Shown piece after piece: positions 34,891-46,240 of a stretch of DNA of 64,000 nucleotides. Origin of the DNA: Vicugna vicugna (lineage: Eukaryota); the NCBI GenBank assembly GCA_013265495.1, contig MU058213.1:7332066-7396065 (forward strand). Direction: 5' to 3'. Under the pieces are notes generated by a model that did not search any database, was not told where the DNA came from, and saw only the letters and a list, made by a program, of their open reading frames with translations. Numbering within the stretch: the first letter of the stretch is position 1; every line of letters starts with the position of its first letter. Made by a program: the position numbers and the translations under genes.

Positions 34891-36409
34891 ATATTATACT
34901 CTCTAGGTTCTGGTTACTACTTTATGCGCATGTGGAATAAGAATTTCAAAGGACACGGTCGGGGCATGAAAACAGTATGATCAGGTGGGGTGGTGGGACT
35001 GCAGTGATGTTTACTTTCATTGCAGTGTTCAGTGTTATTTGTGTAATAAATAATTTTCAAAAACCAACCCTATTGATGGATGATTCCTGACCCAGTCGAT
35101 GCAGTCTGGGATATGGGTCACTAAACTTTGACACTAAATTAATGACAGCTTCTCTCTGCCTTGGTTTCTGTATCTGAAATAGGAGAAGAGAGTTGCTAAC
35201 ATTTGCCCACTAACATACCCGCTCTGTGGCTGATACTCGCTGTGTGATGTGTGTAGGGTATGGAGATTGTGGAGACTAGGGGGTGGGAAAACGTGGGGAG
35301 GAGTCGGGTGGGGTGAGGGCAAAAAACTCTCTAAAGGACAATTACTCACTGGTGGGATCAGACATAATGCATGAGAATGGGCTTCTGCTCAAAGGTTCTG
35401 TCCAGCACGAGAAAAGCATCAGATCCTCCCCTCCCCTTGCCTGCCTTCTTTTTTTTTCCCCTCCCTCCCTCTCTCCCTTCCTTCTTTCTTTTTCTGGGCC
35501 AGTGGGAATCGTGTTGCATCGTATTTATACATTTGCTCAGATAGGAAACACTAGCAGAGGCTCTGATCAGAGAGAGCGTAAGTAGCTCAAAGGCCTGAAC
35601 ACACCTCTCTTTGCATCCAGGGGCTCACCCCCCACCCCGGATATCATTAACCCCTTTACCACATGCATGAAAGAGAGACTTTTCTGTTGGCTGCTGATAC
35701 ACAGACGGTTCACTAGAAATGTATCCACAAAAGGTAAAAAAATTAGAGTAACCAAAATGGCACGCTGCTGTGGCTAGAAACTGCGTTGGTTCGTGTGTAT
35801 TCTTTTCCTGGTCACCTTTCAGACAGTCTGGATAAAAAGCAGAGTTTTCATTCCTGTGCACCATCCATCTAGGTTCAAAGATGCTTTTGAGAGAGCCAAG
35901 GGAATGATGATTTAATGCTGTCAAGTGCTTTGAGATCTCAGACAAAGAAGCTCTGTAAATACTGAGAATTACTGCACATTATCGGCCCCAGTATCGGTCC
36001 CCTCAGTATTATCTGGGCTTCGGGAAAATTAATGAAGAAATGGGTCCTGGCATCCTGGTAGTAGAAACAGCTCCTGGAAAGATTAAGAGGTCCTCTACAT
36101 TGGGGAATGCAGAACTCAGTGAAAACATTCGCCCAAGAATTACTTTTCTTTTCTTTTCTTTTTTTTTTTTTTGCAAATGGAAACCACCAAAGATGAAAAC
36201 CTATTGCAATATGAGAAAGAAAGAATGAAAGCTTTTAAAATCAAACTGCAGGGGGGAGAGGGCACGGCATTGTGTGAGTGCACATGTCTGCACAGGAGAT
36301 GAGAGAGAGAGAGAGACATTCAGGGAGATGGGCTAGATATCAGGAAAGAAATTGGGCAAAGGCTTGTGCCCATATGTTTATATTTGCTACAAAACTAAAT
36401 CCTTTAAAA

Positions 36410-37490
36410 AAAAATACGCATTCTGCGTTGGTGAGGATGGAGGGCAATAGGCATTTGCATACATTATTGGTGGGCACGTCAAGTGGTAAAATCTCTATGG
36501 AGGACCACTTTGCAGCACCCATTGACATTAAAGGCGCACTTTCCCATTGTCCTAACGATTCCACATCCAGGAATGTATCCTGTACATCTGTTTGCATATT
36601 TACAAAATGGTACATGTTCAAGGCTACTCATTGCAGCCGTGTTTGTATCAGTCAAGCCTGCAAACAACTTAACGTTGGTTAGTAGGGGATTACGTAGCTG
36701 CTGGATCCCTAAAATGGAGCATCACTCAGTCGTTAAAAAGAAGGCAGCACTGTATGCACTCTGTGGAGTTAGCTCTAAAGATGTAGTTTTTAAAAAAAAT
36801 TGTCGTTAGTGTACAATGTTGTGTCTGTTTCTAGTATACAGCATAAGGTTCCAGTCCTACATATACATATTTCATTACAGGTTACTACAAGATATTGAAA
36901 ATATTCCCTGTGCTGTACAGTAGAAACTTGTTTATCTATTTTATATATAGTAGTCAGTGTCTGCAAATCTCGAACTCCCATCCCCTTCCTCCTCTGGTAA
37001 CCGTAAGTTTGTTTTCTATGTCTATGAGTCTGTTTCTGTTTTATAAATAAGTTCATTTGTGTCTTTTTTTTTTAAGAGTCCCACATAAGTGATATCCTAT
37101 GGGGTTTTTCTTTCTCTTTCTGGCTTACTTCATTTAGAATGACGATCTCCATGTCCATCCATGTTGCTGCAAATGGCCTTATTTTATTCCTTCTAATGGC
37201 TGAGTAGTATTCCATTGTGTGTGTGTATATATATACATACATACATACATACATACCACAACTAAAGATGCAGTGTTAATTGAAAAGAATATGCAGAACA
37301 GTGTGTGTGTATAAATATATTTGAATATACATGCTTGGATTCGTCACACCCACATAGGGTTAACTGAGTATTCACAGACGGGCTGCTTGAGAAACTGGTA
37401 ACTGGCTAAAGGACAGGGCTTACCTCTACTTTATATCCTTTTGAATAATGTATCATGTACTCATGTGGCCCTTCCAAAAAAATTAAACAA
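36410..37490 (+). mobile_element. Old L1M fragment, split by a younger L1
   Basis: GTTGGTGAGGATGGAGG...ATTGGTGGG...ATTCCACATCCAGGAATGTATCCT...GTACATGTTCAAGG; continues after 37262. Confidence 0.6.
36788..37261 (-). mobile_element. Young L1 3' end with TSD
   Basis: Antisense translation EYYSAIRRNKIRPFAATWMDMEIVILNEVSQKEK is the L1 ORF2 C-terminus. TSD CTAAAGATGTAGT (36775-36787) / CTAAAGATGCAGT (37262-37274). Confidence 0.92.
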
Positions 37491-38705
37491 TGTTAATGTC
37501 TGTGAAACCACTGATTAAATGACAAAGTAAAAAGATGCCCCTTTTAGCATTTTCTGGGGGTGAGGCTGAATGAGGTGTGTCTTCAGAGCCCCCCCTCTGT
37601 CCTCTCCACACCTGGCTCCCCACCCTTTGACCTTCCTGGTTGCCCACAGCTCAGTTCAGGGTGGATCAGGCTGGTGCTTGTTTGAGCTAACGGCCCCCAA
37701 ACCAGGAACTCCCCGATCTGTACCAGATCCAGACAGATCTGAGTCGGGAGGGACCTTCCCTGTAGGACTGATGGTGAAATATCGCCAGGGATGAGGGCCC
37801 CTACTGGGCTATGCCAAACATATTTGCTGCAGCTTTGACCAGCGATCATTTAGGAATTAGTTTTGTTTTCAGTTGCAACTCTGACCAGTGATAATTTTGG
37901 AATTCGTATTATTATTTTTTTGGTTGCAAGGAACAAAGACTCACCAAGCTAGGGGAAGCTTATCACAAGGGTATATGTGGAGTAATAAGAATATTTCTCT
38001 GGGGAATCTAGGAAGACTAAGAAAACAATAACCTCAAAAACAACAACTCTCAATCAGGTGCCCAAGCATGGTGCTAAGTGCTTTGTGCAGAGAACATTGC
38101 TTCCACCCCACTCAAACCCACGACGCTGTCTCTGTTGTGACCCCCATTTTACAGGACTTTTGGGCTCATGGAGGTCCTTGGTGCCACAGAGCGATGGGGC
38201 CCTTGGAAGTGGCACCTGGAAAATCTGCTGCTCTCCCACCTCTTGCTCCCGGGCAGCGCGGTACCTCTCGGGGCTGCTGCTTCTCCCGGGACGCTTGCTT
38301 CTCCGTTCTGATACCGGATGGCTTACTCACTACCCACTGGGCTCACTCATTGATTTTACTTCCTTCGAGCACCTCCTCCACTTCAAGTTCTCCTCTGCCC
38401 GTCAGCTGCCTCCTAACCACCGCCTCCTCTCCAGACCTCCTGTTCACATCCCTGAGAGGGGAGAGACTGGGAGGTCCTCCTTCCGCTGGAGGCCGGCCGC
38501 TTCCTGACCTGTGGGCTGGCTGTCCCAGATCGGGGTCCCATTCTGTTCCATTTCTCTGCGGCTGAGGGCTACCAGGCCTCCTGGGGTACCTCTTTTCCTT
38601 CGCTCCTTAAAGTTTTTCCTTTTGAAAACTGCCCTCAGACCAGGCGTCGGACGCTGCGGATGCAGCACTAACGGAGCACAAGGCGCTTGCCCCCAGTGCA
38701 CTTGC

Positions 38706-38840
38706 CCTCTGCCTCCCTTACCTGTAGGGGTGGGTGTGCCAGACCTTCTGGCCCGTCCAGTTTGGAGACAATGACCATGACTGACCGCTGAGCTCTTGCC
38801 TCAGTCCCGATTTCACCACTCCTGGGGTTCCTGCATTCAC
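38706..38840 (-). pseudogene. RORA: Non-coding orthologue of the human RORalpha2/alpha3 first coding exon
   Basis: Across three frames it reads VNAGTPG / GEIGTEARAQRSVM / HCLQTGRARRSGTPTPTGKGGR versus recalled human MNEGAPGDSDLETEARVPWSIMGHCLRTGQARMSATPTPAGEGAR. GTG replaces ATG and there are two 1-nt frameshifts. It ends at GG|GCAAGT, with an internal CAG|GTAAGG (GT at 38721-38720). Confidence 0.85.
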
Positions 38841-39354
38841 GCCTTCTCCTGGTTTTCCAGCCACCACTTCCAGAAACTCGGCCCAGTGTAGTCCAGTGTC
38901 CAAGGTGACCGAGCAGACAGCCTCCGTGGCTGGGCGGAGACGGATGGGAGGGAGTCCTGGGGGACACCGCTCAGAGCCCCGGCCACAAATGATGGGGTCA
39001 CCAACTCTTCTACTGCAATTGCTCAGCAAATACCCAAGTGGTTCTCCTCTATGCTTCCTTATTTCTCTTCTTTCAGAGAGACTCCAGGTCTTGTCGATGG
39101 TTGACCTAAATGAACCTTTTCCAGGCTTGTCTTCTGCATTCTTCAAACTCCTAATAATCCTTCAAAACCCAGCTCCCGGAATTTCCCTCCTCACTGAATC
39201 CTCCCCTAAATTCCTAATGACTGTCATGGCCTCGTGTGGTCTCCTTTCCTACTTGGGACATAATTTTACTGGTGCACTGCAGGTTTTATTTAGATGTGTG
39301 TACTGGAGTGTAAACTCATAGAAGGCAGGGACCATGTCTTGATGATCTCTTTAT

Positions 39355-39785
39355 TTTTCATTTAAATAAGCTGTTTGAGAATGGCTTCAGATTTATAGAA
39401 AAGACACAAAGAGCACCCAGAGCATTGTTCTGTGCCCCTTGCCTGGCTTCCCCTACTGTGAACCTCTGGCTTTACTATGGTAACTTTGTTACAACTAAGG
39501 GATCAACATGACTGTGTTATTAGTAACTAACTTTCACAGTTTACTCAGATTTCACTAGTTTTCCTCTAATGTCCCTTCCTATTCCAGGATGCCATCTAGG
39601 TACCGCATTTTGTGGGGTGGTACCATCTCCTTAGCCTCCTCTGGTCTGTGACAGTTTCTTCAAGGCTCTTTGCTTTTTGACGACCTTGACAGTTTTGAGG
39701 CCGACGGTCAGGTCTGTTGCAGAACGTCGCCTGGTTTGGGGTCGCCTCACATTTCCCTCGTGGTTACGTTGGGGGTTGTTGATTT
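39355..39785 (-). mobile_element. L1MC4-like 3' UTR, flanked by L2 tail pieces
   Basis: TCAGATTTCACTAGTTTTCC...TTCCAGGAT...CCTCCTCTGGTCTGTGACAGTTTCTT...GACCTTGACAGTTTTGAGG. L2-like GAAGGCAGGGACCATGTCTT on the left and TCGATAAATGGTTACTGAACTGAA on the right. Confidence 0.7.
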
Positions 39786-41041
39786 TTCAACACCAGCACG
39801 AGAGAAGCGCCTATAGCATGTACCGCCTAGCACAGACCAGGCATTCGATAAATGGTTACTGAACTGAATAGAATTCAGGTGTTTCTCTAGCACCTTCAAT
39901 ATAAATAGAACCCCACTCAATGCTCTTAGAGAGGAGACATGTGGAACTCAAGTCCTGTAAAGATCTTCCACACAGTTAAACAGCAAAAAACAGCATGCGA
40001 CCAAGCGTCAGAGAAGGAGAGCCAGGAGACTGACCCGAGGCAGCTCAGGAGACAGATTAATCAGCACGAGTGGGTGAAGCCAGCAACGTGTATGTGAAAG
40101 AAGAGACCGGAAAAGGAGGGAGGACTGAGAGAGGCCCTTTCCAGTTCTCAAAGCACCCAGCTCCTTCCCGCCTTAGGGTCTGCTTAGCTGCTGAGCCCGA
40201 GGTCTAGAAAGCATTTCCAGTCCCTCTCTTCTTCTCATTCTTTAGCTTCATGCCCAAATGTGACCTCTGCAGACCCCATGGTTTAAGACAGCCTCCACCA
40301 CCACTCTCTCTCAGTGGCCTTGTTTGTTTCCTTCATCACTGCTGTCAATGTTTATGATTGTTTATTTCTTTATTGTTTGTCTCTCTCCTTAGAGTCTCAC
40401 CTCCCTGAGTACAAGGAGGGTATTTTTTATTCACTCTGGCAGAGGGCTCTACCCACACCTACTGTACTCAAGTTATCTTGCTGCATGAATAGAAGGGTTG
40501 CTGTTGCATGAGCCTGGTGAGACGTGAGGTGGTGAGAAGTTCCATGAGCAATGGCTGGAAGAGTCACTGGAATGGAGCAATGACCTGGGTAGGCAGTGCG
40601 ATGTGCCAGGTCATGAGACTGATCACAGTGGTGTCAGGTGATCTTGAACAGGGTGGCATAATTTGGGCAAATGCCAGCAGTGTGCTAGGTGTGGGCTGCA
40701 CAGAGATAGAGGCCATCTAGTATTTTTCCATCATGGGAAGGCCAACATTGGTTCACAGTCAAAAAATGCGGGATAAGGAAGAAGTGAGGTCAAGGGAAGG
40801 CTGGGGGCTATAGGAATGTCTGTCTGTCTAAGCTGAAGATGTACCCCATGAATGAGACTATCCCAAAAGCTCCTGGAAGGCAGTGGGGGCACTTGGTTTA
40901 ACTTCTCTGGTATTGGCACAATCCCAAGGAGAAAAAGGGCACTCTAGTCCATGCTTCTTCTTTTTAATTTTTTTTTTAATTTTAAAAAATTAAAAAAAAC
41001 TTTTTTTGGAGACTTTGTCAAAAATTAATCTACTGAAAGTT

Positions 41042-41595
41042 TGTGCAGCAATATTTACAGTAGCCAAGACACGGAAACAACCTAAATGTCCGTCGATAAA
41101 TGGATAAATAAGTTGTGGTATATTCATACAAGGGAATACTACTCAGCCACAAAAAAGAATAAGATAATGCCATTTGCAGCAACATGGGTGGACCTGGAGA
41201 TCATCATTCTAAGGGAAGTAAGCCAGAAAGAGAAAGAAAAATACCATATGATATCACTCATATGTGGAATCTAAAAAAACCCGAACTTATTTAATGAAAC
41301 CGAAAGACTCACAGACATAGAAAACAAACTTATGGTTGCTGGTGGGGAGAAGTATGTGGGAAGGGATAAATTGGGAGTTCAAGATTTGCAGATACTAACT
41401 AAAAATATATATATAATAGATAAACAACAAGTTTATACTGTATAGCGCAGGCAACTGTATTCAATATCTTATAGTAACTTATGGTGAAAAGGAATATGAA
41501 AACAAATACATGTATGTTCATGTGTGACTGAAGCATTCATGTACACCAGAAATTGACACAGCATTGTAAACTGACTATACTTCACAATAAAAAAC
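41042..41595 (+). mobile_element. L1 3' end (ORF2 C-terminus + 3' UTR)
   Basis: ORF 41086-41274 (WINKLWYIHTREYYSATKKNKIMPFAATWVDLEIIILREVSQKEK) is the L1 ORF2 tail, followed by L1 3'UTR and (TA)n. Confidence 0.92.
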
Positions 41596-41630
<35 letters not shown>

Positions 41631-41644
41631 TATATAAATTTAAA

Positions 41645-41780
41645 ATTGGGGGTGGAAATAATTAGGTATCTTTATTTATTCACATTTATTTATCTATTTT
41701 TAATGGAGGTGCTGGGGATTGAACCCAGGACCTCATGCATGCCAAGCACACACTCTATCACTGAGCCATATACCCTCCTG
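41645..41780 (-). mobile_element. Camelid-type tRNA-derived SINE (Vic-1-like)
   Basis: GGAGGTGCTGGGGATTGAACCCAGGACCTCATGCATGCCAAGCACACACTCTATCACTGAGCCATATACCCTCC is the antisense head with A/B boxes. Confidence 0.85.
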
Positions 41781-42691
41781 CTTAGTCAATGCTTCTGAGG
41801 GAGAAAGGTGAAATGGAAGATGAAGACTTGTCATATTTGCTGTAGGATTTAGTAGTAGGAAAGGACAGCCATCTTTGGAAGCATGAAGAAATCAATGAGA
41901 TTCTGGGCTCAGAATGGAAAGGACCCCATTGAAATCTTTGATAATTTCTACCATGTTTGCTATATGATTACAAAGGACAGAATCAGCATATATTCTGATT
42001 ACCTTGGAAAGTATATATATTTCCCATCTGAATTCAATCTAAAAATGCTGACCAAAGGGCAGTGTTTCATGCAGACTCTGACTAGAACAAGCCCAGTGGG
42101 AAAAGGCCTGGAAAGCTCACGGCAAAGAAAGCCTGAGAGTCCAGAGTGTGAATTAGAAACTAAAGAAGGGGTATGCGTCGTCTGTGCACACCTATATAAA
42201 AAATTACAACGGTTGAACTCTACCTACTTTTCATCCACCCCAAGTAACAGCTCTGTGAAAGAAAGATAACTATGCCCTGTGTGTTTGGACGTCTAGAGGG
42301 ACCGTCGGTGACACAGCTCATTGGGTTCCCAGGAGGACCAAGAACACAGTCCAACCAATCTTTCTCTGACAAGGCAGGGGTGGGCAGAGGAAAACATGAA
42401 GAATGGCCACACTTCTACATCTGAAGGTCAGAACATGAGATCAAGGAACGTGTCTCTGCTATTTTAAATCTACGTTCTTTGAACCCCCAGGAGGTAAGTG
42501 GGTGAGTCCTGTTTACTGACTTGTCACTCAGGAATCCCTTCTCTCCTCTGTACCTCCTCAGACCTGGGGACAACAGGGATTAGCCTGTGCAATCCCCTCA
42601 TTTGAAAAGAGAGGAAACTTTGTCCAGGGGATGGCGTGATTTGTCCAGAGTCACCCTGGAAGATGGCAAGGCTTTAGAGCCAGGCTGGACC

Positions 42692-42844
42692 TTTTTTTTT
42701 TTTTAATTAAAAATAAATTTTTAATGGGGGTAGGTAATTAGATTTACTTGTTTATTTATTTTTTAAACAGAGGCACTGGGGATTGAACCCAGGACCTCAT
42801 GCATGCTAGGCATGTGCTCTACCACTGAGCTATACCCTCCTCCC
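42692..42844 (-). mobile_element. Camelid-type tRNA-derived SINE
   Basis: Poly-T tail, then GGGATTGAACCCAGGACCTCATGCATGCTAGGCATGTGCTCTACCACTGAGCTATACCCTCC. Confidence 0.88.
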
Positions 42845-43844
42845 AATGCTAGGAGCTTCTAACCCACCTTTCCTTTCACAGTCCTCAGCAGCCCATCTGG
42901 GGACTGACCACAAAATTGGCTGTGAATCTACATTCTGGTTTCCACTCTCCATTCATTTCAACATATTCAAATATCTCAAGCACGGCTCACTATGTATTTT
43001 TTTTCCCTCCTCACATTACTTCTGCAACAACCTTGAGGTGGCCAAGGGAAAAACAAAACAAAACACCGCCCACACACACACACTCACTTTAATGAAATGC
43101 ACACCAGGCATCTGACCTGGCTCCTGCTTCCCTGCTGATCTCCAGCCCATATCAGTTCATTTCCTTAACAGAAAATAGGTGGCAACTTTGCAGACGTAAA
43201 GTAATTTCCCTACAAATATTCCCAGAGAGGTTACTAGCCCTACTTGACAGTTGTATTACGACTTTTGTTTCAAGCTAAGGGGGGATCGCCACCTTGGCCA
43301 GGTAGTCCGGTGAAAAAAAGTTTCACACTTTGGGTTTGTTTGAATGTCAGAGGGAAAAACAAGAAACAAAGGACAAGTGTGTTGGCTGCATGGTGAGTAC
43401 ACTGTGTTCGAAGAGCAGCTCTTGGGATCCTGGCTGTCTGCCTCACTTCCCACACACAAACTTTCAGATCCTGAGACATCAGCGTGGGTCGAAGGGAATC
43501 ACCGCGGCACCTGAACAGCCAGCTGGGAGGGAGGCGGGCAGCTGCGGTGACTTGACAGGACCTGCTTGTAAACACTGGTTATCAGCTCATTCACAAGGTA
43601 AGCCAATTGGGGGCAAGTTAGCTGGTTTTACTCTTCCCTGGATTTAATTGAAAGTTGTTATGCTTTTACAAGAACTGGATCATCTAAATACTTCACAAGT
43701 AGACGAGAAAACTAGACAACATAAAGGCAAGCCAACGAGTGTCATTAATAGCCACTTACGTGTATTTCACGAATAGTAATTTACATGTAGGGGCTACTTT
43801 CATTCATGTTTTACCACCTATGTAATTTTTAAAGGGTCAGATAG

Positions 43845-43970
43845 TGTTGGCCGCCAGCTAAAATATAGAATATTCAGTTCGATTTGAATTTAAAATAAAC
43901 AATGAACAAATTTTTAGTCTAAGTATGTTCTGAACTTTGTGTGGGACATACTTATATTCATTGTTAATTG
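43845..43970 (+). mobile_element. MER53-like hAT MITE fragment
   Basis: CAGTTCGATTTGAATTTAAAATAAACAATGAACAAATTTTTAGTCTAAGTATGTTC...GGGACATACTTAT resembles the recalled palindromic MER53 centre. Confidence 0.7.
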
Positions 43971-44788
43971 ACACTGGGTCCATTAACCAGACGATAATTT
44001 TTTCTTCTGCTTCCTTCTTTTTTGTCCTTTCGGTGGCTTAATTTTAGGAACCCTATTCGAGGGTGGAGAGAGAAATACAATTCAAGCCCATTGGGTGTCC
44101 TACTTACCATCAGCTGAGGCACACGTGTCAGTCAGAAGGGGAGGAATTTGATACTTTGGGTTCAAAATGGTGATTATCTGCCTTCTCCCTATTACCGTAT
44201 AGACAGAATTAGCCAAAGACTGTTGCCTTCCAGAGTTTGGATTTTGCAGACCAGTAAAATGTAAAAAGAAAAGGAAATGGTGAGAAGATCAATATATGGT
44301 TGCCAAGTTTCAATTAGATCAAATAAGAATGTTAAAAATACCACAACTGCCATCTTCAATTATCAGCAATTCATAAAAGGAAAGAACATTTCAATGTCCC
44401 CAAAGTAGGAAGGACACACTCTAAGCATAAAGAGTAACACTTCTTAAACAAAGTTGGCAGCCTTGCAACACCCTACCCTCAGTTGTGTGGAAACTTGGTC
44501 ACCATGTGGGGCCAGGCCAGGGTATATCTTAGGAGCACCTGTCCAAAGCACCCGCAGTGGCACAGCATGTCATACGAGTTTGTGCTGCTAGCAAGTAATC
44601 ACAGAGCACCTTCCAGTAAAGGAAGGAGAAGGTGAACACAGCCGGGTTGAATTTCGATGGCCTTAAATTAATATCTAATTTAAGGATTTTCTTTTTGAGA
44701 AGCAGCCTATTTGTGCGGAAGTGTAATATGACTTTTATCAAACCAGGAAGCATTTCCTCAACTCAAAAAGTCCAGAAAACCTTTTTCT

Positions 44789-44921
44789 GGGGGAGGGTAT
44801 AGCTCAGTGGTAAGAGCCCATGCTTAGCATGCACAAGGTCCTGGGTTCAATCCCCAGTACCTCCATTGAAATAACTAAATAAATAAAAACCTAGTTACCT
44901 CCCCCACAAAGAAAACCCCAC
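44789..44921 (+). mobile_element. Camelid-type tRNA-derived SINE with TSD
   Basis: GGGGGAGGGTATAGCTCAGTGG...GGTCCTGGGTTCAATCCCCAGTACCTCCA. TSD AAAACCTTTTTCT (44776-44788) / AAAACCTTTTCT (44922-44933). Confidence 0.9.
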
Positions 44922-44949
44922 AAAACCTTTTCTATTATCATATTAAATG

Positions 44950-45350
44950 ACGTAAGTCAGGCGGAGAAAGACAAATATAATATGATATCCCTTACATGTG
45001 GAACCTAAAAAAACTTTTTTAATGATACAAATTTTATTTGCAAACCAAAAACAGAATCATGGACATAGAAAACAAACTATGATTACCAAAAGAGAAAGGG
45101 CTGGGGAGGGATAAATTAGGAGTTCAGGATTAACAGATACACATTACTATATATAAAACAGATTAAACAACATAGCCCTACTGTATAGCACAGGGAACTA
45201 TATTCAATTTCTTGTCATAACAGATAATGGAAAAGAATCTGAACAGAAATATATATATATATATATGTATGTATAACTGAATTGCTTTGCTGTACACCTG
45301 AAATTAACATTGCAAATCAACTACACTTCAATAAAAAATTAAAAAATAAA
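44950..45350 (+). mobile_element. L1 3' end
   Basis: GTAAGTCAGGCGGAGAAAGACAAATA...ACATAGAAAACAAACTATG...CTGTATAGCACAGGGAACTATATTCAA...CAACTACACTTCAATAAAAAA. Confidence 0.88.
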
Positions 45351-45928
45351 TTTTCCTTTGGAGATAGCACAATCTCTATACTTTTCCTCTCTCTCTCTAA
45401 AATGAATGCTTCAGGAACTGGATAATGTGACACTGAACTTAAACAGCCCCCTTGCTAAGGGAGTTCAGAGGTCTTTGAAACCACAGGTAATGAGGCCTCC
45501 TGGCTCCTGTGAGCCGGCAGAATGTGTGACCCTGGCTGAGGAGAGTTTGCCAAAAGGCAGGCGTAGTCAGTAGCAGGGCTGGGAGACCATGTCCCCAAGT
45601 TCAGTGTTTCTATCACCCTTCCCACTTTCACAAGGGAAAATGATGGTGTGAATGGGGAGAACTGCCCGAAATTGCTGAGTAATTAATAGAAACTACGATT
45701 AAAATAAATGATTAAAATCAATTGCCCAACCCAAGTCTGGTGTGTAGTTTCTTGGGTCCTTCTCCTGTCTGAGAAACACATAGACTTTTCACCACAGGAA
45801 CTTTTCCTTAAATAGGACTCATATTAAATTTCACATGCCACGGAGAGATTCAAAGTGGTATTTACCAATGATCTTCAGATATTCTTTCCTTTTCCCCATG
45901 GCTATGAACTAAAAACTGAATATCCTTC

Positions 45929-46240
45929 AAAAGAACTTATTTACAAAACAGAAAAAGACTTACAGACACAGAAAACAAACTTATGGTTACCAAAGGGGGA
46001 AGGGTGGGGAGGGATAAATTCGGAGTCCGGGATTAGCAGATACACACTACTATATATAAAAGAGATAAACAACAAGGTCCTACGGTTTAGCACAGGGAAC
46101 TATAGTCAATAGCTTGTAATAGCCTATAATGACAAAGGACACGAAAAGGAATATATATGTACAACTGAATCACCATGCTGTACACCAGAAATTAACACAG
46201 CATTGGAAATCAACTATACTTCAATAAACAACAACAACAA
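45929..46240 (+). mobile_element. L1 3' end
   Basis: GAACTTATTTACAAAACAGAAA...GGGATAAATT...GCTGTACACCAGAAATTAACAC...CAATAAA(CAA)n. Degenerate TSD AAAAACTGAATATCCTTC / AAAACCTGAGTACCGTTC. Confidence 0.88.

Noticed and set aside
38058..38565. 149- and 165-aa overlapping plus-strand ORFs
   Set aside because: Low-complexity, partly MIR-like sequence with no recognisable protein family.
41086..41274. 62-aa ORF (and the similar 37072-37254 ORF) with protein-like sequence
   Set aside because: L1 ORF2 C-terminal remnants, not host genes.
44789..44865. tRNA-like sequence with A and B boxes
   Set aside because: Followed by a SINE body/tail and flanked by a TSD, with four diverged copies in the window. 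It is a SINE, not a tRNA gene.
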